In this document: positions 27,448 through 32,000 of the stretch, piece after piece
Layout of the letters: the number at the start of each line of letters is the position of its first letter
Position numbering within the stretch: the first letter of the stretch is position 1
DNA from: an archaeon ADurb.Bin336
GTDB taxonomy: Archaea; Iainarchaeota; Iainarchaeia; Iainarchaeales; JAAZKV01
DNA length: 32,000 nucleotides
Direction of reading: 5' to 3'
Assembly: GCA_002068885.1 (NCBI GenBank)
Contig: MWBC01000004.1
Coordinates: forward strand, 2,901 to 34,900
Notes under the pieces: model-generated
What the model was told of the DNA's origin: nothing
Database searches by the model: none
Seen by the model: only the letters and a program-made list of their open reading frames with translations
Position numbers and translations under genes: made by a program

Positions 27448-27984
27448 TTATGCTTCTTTAGCTATCTTTCTAGTAATAAACATCCTTGCTACTTTTTGAG
27501 GAAGCTTAACCTCTTGCCCTTTAGAATAAGGGCCATATTCTTTCATATCAGTTCCAACAAAAGTAGGAATATCTTGGAGTATTGAAAGATTAACTAAATC
27601 AGTTGTTTCTTTTTCATTTTCTCCAAACAAATCATAAAAAATTTCTCTATGAGTAACCAAAATTTTGTAAATTTTTTTGAACATCTCTTTCTCTTCAACA
27701 GACATATTATTATCATCATAATCTTTAGTGTGGGCAGAAATCAATGCTTTGTTCAAAATCTTTTTTTCCCTCATTTGAAAAATATCATCAATTATTCGCT
27801 TCAAATTAGTGAACTCCCTTGCTTGAGAGGAAGAAAAATTTTTTAGGGAAGCGAAGTATTTTTTCTTTTCATCTTCAACAAAATTTTCAAGAGAAGAAAT
27901 AAAATCATCTTCCACTTCAACGAGTTTAGAAGTATTTTTTTCAAGCCTGTGAATTCTCCTTAACTCATCATAATCAAGACGCAT
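27448..27984 (-). CDS. GINS complex subunit (Gins51-like)
   Basis: MRLDYDELRRIHRLEKNTSKLVEVEDDFISSL...ILQDIPTFVGTDMKEYGPYSKGQEVKLPQKVARMFITRKIAKEA. The ORF track start (28047) adds a 21-aa hydrophobic leader not expected for GINS. Internal ATG 27984 fits better. Confidence 0.85.
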   Translation of the reverse strand: MRLDYDELRRIHRLEKNTSKLVEVEDDFISSLENFVEDEKKKYFASLKNFSSSQAREFTNLKRIIDDIFQMREKKILNKALISAHTKDYDDNNMSVEEKEMFKKIYKILVTHREIFYDLFGENEKETTDLVNLSILQDIPTFVGTDMKEYGPYSKGQEVKLPQKVARMFITRKIAKEA

Positions 27985-28076
27985 AAATAAAAACCTAAAA
28001 TAATTGTGGAACAAATCAATTAAAAAGAATAGTGCGTTTAAAAACAAAATAAAAATTAAAAAATAATTTAATTAAC

Positions 28077-29225
28077 TTATTTTTGTTCTAAAACCGCACA
28101 CCCTTTTCCAATCAAATAAATTGCTACAAAAAGAGGCAACTCCTCTACTTGATTTTCAAAAGGCCCAAAGTGTTCCCCTTTAAGAATGAATTTGGGGGTT
28201 TTACTTATTTTTACTTTAATTGATTCACTACCAAATACAATAGTGTCTTTGAATGGATCAAAATCTTTTAAGTCATCTAAAGGAATTGATTTTGCAATAA
28301 GCCCTGTTTCTCCATGAAGAGTATTTGGAACCCTAACAATTTTGTGCAAATCAATGCTTGTTTGTCTATCAATAGGACTCATTTCTTTTGAAACAACATA
28401 ATCAAGAATATTCTTCCACAACACAGATTTTTTTTCTTTAAAAGGAAACAACAACCCCTTATCCAACGAATCAATAATAACCTCTTTTTTTGATAAAATA
28501 TTCTTAGTTTTTTTAGAAGATAATTTTAGAACACTTGAAATATTCTCTTCGCTAGAATCAAAAAACTCTTTTATTCCTTTTAGTATCCGCTTACTCCAAA
28601 GTCCTTTGGGAGTGGGCTTTGGACAATAAAGAGTATCTAGGTAAAACCCTAAATTAACATAATCCAACCCATACCCAGTTAAATAATCAACTAACTCTAT
28701 TCTGGATTTTTTATTCAAATTTTGAATAGAATCACTCTTCAAGTGAACGTGATACCCTGCTTTTCCAGAAAAATTAACTGAAATATCTTCTCTTAAAAAA
28801 CCAAAATCATTCTCCAAAAAATCTATTAACCTAAAAACTTGTTTTTTTGCTTCATCTAAATGCTCGTGCAAAAACCATTGAACTCCATCAATTTCTTCAA
28901 TAGAAATACCTAGTTCATCAGCATCAAACTCATAAATCAAATCCGCTTTAATCCATTCCTTTGTAACCATAGGAGTGTTGGAAGGAAATTTGTAACAAGA
29001 ATTAGAATAAGAAAAAAATAAGGGAGAGTCATTCCTCAAAAAATCATTCATTTCTTTTAGAGAAGAAAAAGACAAATTCCTATTAGCTATTTTTCTTTTA
29101 AAAACCCCAAACCCAAATTCTCTTAACTCTACACTAGGAACAGAATCAACAAAATTGTTTTTGTAAAATGAAGAAAAATGTTTTTTCAAGAAATCTGCTT
29201 CGGGAGAAGATTCAAATTGATACAC
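28077..29225 (-). CDS. priS: DNA primase small subunit PriS
   Basis: YKNNF..PSVELREFGFGVFKRK, ADLIYEFDADELG, FSGKAGYHVHL, SIDLHKIVRVPNTLHGETGLIAK. Confidence 0.95.
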   Translation of the reverse strand: MYQFESSPEADFLKKHFSSFYKNNFVDSVPSVELREFGFGVFKRKIANRNLSFSSLKEMNDFLRNDSPLFFSYSNSCYKFPSNTPMVTKEWIKADLIYEFDADELGISIEEIDGVQWFLHEHLDEAKKQVFRLIDFLENDFGFLREDISVNFSGKAGYHVHLKSDSIQNLNKKSRIELVDYLTGYGLDYVNLGFYLDTLYCPKPTPKGLWSKRILKGIKEFFDSSEENISSVLKLSSKKTKNILSKKEVIIDSLDKGLLFPFKEKKSVLWKNILDYVVSKEMSPIDRQTSIDLHKIVRVPNTLHGETGLIAKSIPLDDLKDFDPFKDTIVFGSESIKVKISKTPKFILKGEHFGPFENQVEELPLFVAIYLIGKGCAVLEQK

Positions 29226-30277
29226 TACTCACCACCCCCTTTTTGAGCATTCTTTATCCTATTACTAATCCTTAACTTAGATAAATAAAACTGCATTGGG
29301 TGCTTATACTTACAACTCTTCCCACACTCATTAACCTTAAGTCCATACTCCGTCATTTTTTGACACCCTGGAGCAGACAACTCTTTTTCAAATATCCTAG
29401 AAACATGATAATCTGAAACTGATTTTTTGAAATCAGGACTCTTTGAAAAAAGAGTCATTAACTCTGTTTTATTCATCCCTACTTGATACAAAAAAGAAGC
29501 TAATGCAAGGCGAGCAGAATAAGTTAATTTTTTTCCTGCTAGTTGATCATTATAAAGTGCGAGCATACAAGGAGGAAAAAAATTTGGTTCTATTTTTCCA
29601 ACTAATTTTAAATCAAAAGATTTTTTCTCCATTACAATTAATTGAGAATCAATACTCTTTGAGAGAAAAGAAATTCTTTTAGGAATTTGATTTAAGGGAA
29701 TTGGTAGGGAAGAAAATACTTTTGAGTAAGCTAATTCTGACAAAAATCTTGCAAAATCATTTTGATTCAACAAAACTTTCCCATTATACACTTGCTTATT
29801 AACTACCTTGCTTTCATTATCAACAAAAAAAATTTTTAAATAATCAAGCAAATCAACTTCCACAAAACCCTTCTCCTCTGTCAAAACATACTTTAACCCA
29901 AAATCATCAGCCAATCTAAGGGACAAATCAAAAGAAGAATCACTATCCACTAAATTGTTGAACGTGTTCTTAAAATAAAAAAAAGAAAACTTTTCAACCA
30001 TATTATTTGTTTTCATTGAAGAAACAAACATTTTTGCAATAGGAAAAGAAATTATATCAAGTTCAAGAGCACTCTTTGAAGGATTAATTAAATCAAAATT
30101 TAATTTCTCACCTGAAAAAGATCTTGAAACAATTAACGCAGCTTTTTTTATTGCACTCTCACTAACATCATCAATAGAAATATCCAAATCCTTTAACACA
30201 TTCTTCGCTATTTGAGTAAAAGGAAATTTTTGAGCAAAGAGAAGATTATTCATAACAAAGAAATGGTCGCAAAGCAT
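29225..30277 (-). CDS. priL: DNA primase large subunit PriL
   Basis: Fe-S cysteine spacing PPCMLAL...PGCQKMTEYG...ECGKSCKYKHPMQFY. Directly follows priS and overlaps it by one base. Confidence 0.92.
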   Translation of the reverse strand: MLCDHFFVMNNLLFAQKFPFTQIAKNVLKDLDISIDDVSESAIKKAALIVSRSFSGEKLNFDLINPSKSALELDIISFPIAKMFVSSMKTNNMVEKFSFFYFKNTFNNLVDSDSSFDLSLRLADDFGLKYVLTEEKGFVEVDLLDYLKIFFVDNESKVVNKQVYNGKVLLNQNDFARFLSELAYSKVFSSLPIPLNQIPKRISFLSKSIDSQLIVMEKKSFDLKLVGKIEPNFFPPCMLALYNDQLAGKKLTYSARLALASFLYQVGMNKTELMTLFSKSPDFKKSVSDYHVSRIFEKELSAPGCQKMTEYGLKVNECGKSCKYKHPMQFYLSKLRISNRIKNAQKGGGE

Positions 30278-30404
30278 TAAAATAAAATATGATGCTCAAA
30301 AATTAATTATTTTAAAAAATCAAACAAGTAGGGGGCAAAAAATAATTAGAGAACAAAAACTAATAGAGAAAAAACTAAAGAATCCTATAATGGATTACAA
30401 TAAG

Positions 30405-30457
30405 CAGAGAACCAAAAAAAACTAAAGAATCATATGAGCCAAATAAAAAACCATTTT
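30405..30457. repeat. Relic PCNA 3' end plus downstream element (copy of 30576-30628)
   Basis: 53 identical bases between 30405-30457 and 30576-30628. On the minus strand this copy reads GSSKMVFYLAHMIL*, matching the PCNA C-terminus GPSKMVFYLAHMIL*. Confidence 0.85.
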
Positions 30458-30507
30458 ACTAGAACCCAACCTTACACAAGGTTGACGAAAGAACTTGCCT
30501 GTTTATA

Positions 30508-30598
30508 ACAGGCAGAGAACCAAAAAAAACTAAAGCTTCATTGAAATCAATTTTGTTTTGAAGGTTTACAACAGGCAGAGAACCAAAAAAAACTAAAG
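30508..30598. repeat. ACAGGCAGAGAACCAAAAAAAACTAAAG direct repeat, two identical 28-nt copies (30508-30535, 30571-30598)
   Basis: Read by eye. Related copies at 30404 and degenerate ones at about 30342-30380. Confidence 0.8.
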
Positions 30599-31309
30599 AA
30601 TCATATGAGCCAAATAAAAAACCATTTTGCTTGGGCCAATGGTGTATGTTACTCTCATGGCAGAATCATTCTTTAACTCTATAGTAACTTGGTTGTCAAG
30701 AGGAGCTTGTTTTATAATATTTTGAAAAAAACTAAGAGAGAATTTTGCATTAACATCACTTTTTGAAGAAATGTTAGAAACTTTACTCGCATCAGCATCC
30801 ATTACTCCATTAGAACCCCTTGATTCAATGAAAAATTTTCCATTATTAATTTTCAAAATAATGCTTGAACCAAACAAAGAAGCATCTTTGAGAATTTCTT
30901 TCAAAGAAGAAGCACTAATCTCTATTTTTGCATCATAATTAATGCTAGGGGTTTTTACTTCATCCGAGGATACATCAATTAAAGGCAAACGAAAGTTTCG
31001 TTTAAGTTGGGATTCGAAAGCAATTTTCATTTCAGAGTCAGAGATTGAGAGAATTAATTTATCACTAGGTAAAGCACGTTGAAGAATTTTGTTTAACTCA
31101 ACTAAATCAACTCCAACAAAATTTGGTTCTATAGCATACTTATCAAAATACTTTTTATCAACAAAAAAATCTACTAAAACAACTTGAGAGGGGTCAATTG
31201 ACTTGAAAAAAACTCCTTTATCAGAGAAACGAAAATTTCCTTCAGGAACAAAAGAAGATATTGATTCCACCGCACTCCTAAAAAAATCTGATTGCCTTGA
31301 TTCAATCAT
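30593..31309 (-). CDS. pcn: PCNA sliding clamp, paralog 1
   Basis: VVLVDFFVDKKYFDKY, VGVDLVELNKILQRALPSDKLILSI, RNFRLPLID, VTYTIGPSKMVFYLAHMIL. Confidence 0.92.
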   Translation of the reverse strand: MIESRQSDFFRSAVESISSFVPEGNFRFSDKGVFFKSIDPSQVVLVDFFVDKKYFDKYAIEPNFVGVDLVELNKILQRALPSDKLILSISDSEMKIAFESQLKRNFRLPLIDVSSDEVKTPSINYDAKIEISASSLKEILKDASLFGSSIILKINNGKFFIESRGSNGVMDADASKVSNISSKSDVNAKFSLSFFQNIIKQAPLDNQVTIELKNDSAMRVTYTIGPSKMVFYLAHMIL

Positions 31310-31397
31310 AAAAAAACCTCTTTTGTGTACTCCAATAATAAAAAGAAAGAATAGAGAAGTATTTAAGAATTGCTTCTGAATTGTCTAAAAAAACTTT

Positions 31398-32000
31398 TTA
31401 AGCAGTTTCTATTCTTGGAGCTAAAAAGTAACTAATATTAGCATCCCCTATTTTGTAAGAAACTTTAACCGGAGCATTTGATTTTAAAAATAAATTAACT
31501 TTAGTGTCCCCAGAAGCTGCTTTTAGCATATCTTGTAAATAATCAAGTGGGAACATACTCCTGCACTCCCTCTTAACCCTAAACTCTGGGAGAGAATCCT
31601 TATTCTCTACTAATTCTTCATGCAAATTTCCTTTTGAAGAATTTGCTTTAACAAAAAACTTATCCTCACTACACCCAAGCACTAAGTGACTGCTAATTAA
31701 CGCAGCATCCTTGAAAGCATTTTGCAAAAAAGAAGCGGATATTACTAATTCTGAATCAAATTCTATCCTAGGATTAGGAACCTCGCTTGTAGAAATATCA
31801 ATTAAAGGAACTTGAAAAGATCTTTGCGCATTCCCTTTAAATGTTACTGAAAGAAAAGCTTTCTTCTCATCGATTGAAAGAGTTAAAGAATCTCCCCCTT
31901 GGGCTCTAGACAAAACTTGATTCAAATAATCCAAATCAAGTCCTAACCTATTCTCCACCACATCAAATTTTTCAAAAGAAGAAGAAGGCATTGAAAAATC
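31398..32000 (-). CDS. PCNA sliding clamp, paralog 2 (N-terminus beyond window edge)
   Basis: Frame stays open from the track ORF start to the edge (DFSMPSSSFEKFDVVENRLGLDLDYLNQVLSRAQGGDSLTLSI...RSFQVPLIDISTSEVP...APVKVSYKIGDANISYFLAPRIE). Confidence 0.9.
   Translation of the reverse strand, partial: DFSMPSSSFEKFDVVENRLGLDLDYLNQVLSRAQGGDSLTLSIDEKKAFLSVTFKGNAQRSFQVPLIDISTSEVPNPRIEFDSELVISASFLQNAFKDAALISSHLVLGCSEDKFFVKANSSKGNLHEELVENKDSLPEFRVKRECRSMFPLDYLQDMLKAASGDTKVNLFLKSNAPVKVSYKIGDANISYFLAPRIETA

Noticed and set aside
23527-27846. ORFs 23527..23784, 23999..24277, 24867..25130, 25996..26190 and 27649..27846
   Set aside because: Each lies opposite a better-supported CDS and lacks an independent signal.

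Overview
AT-rich archaeal chromosomal window. The DPANN-like affiliation is an inference from gene content and atypical proteins. Its backbone is housekeeping genes: two tRNAs, ribosomal protein L10e, PEP synthase, Dph2, UMP kinase, aRF1, TruD, PAC2-family protein, aIF2-alpha, and a replication cluster (GINS, PriS, PriL and two tandem PCNA paralogs). A four-gene membrane/glycosyltransferase run (about 12.6-16.7 kb) lies directly downstream of a large S-layer gene. The accessory part (about 19.6-22 kb) holds a type II toxin-antitoxin pair (RelE/ParE-like toxin, wHTH antitoxin) with clear inverted-repeat operator candidates. Next to it is a decayed HTH/nucleotidyltransferase-like pair, possibly AbiEi/AbiEii-like, preceded by two evenly spaced dyads. 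Other unusual items: a uracil-DNA glycosylase-like protein that appears to lack its Fe-S cysteines and runs into a 24-bp coding-like tandem repeat; a histidine-phosphatase-fold protein lacking its catalytic RHG motif; and a third, relic PCNA 3' end in a duplicated-repeat region. I found no clear-cut new multi-gene system. The best leads are the TA/operator region and the 24-bp repeat tail.
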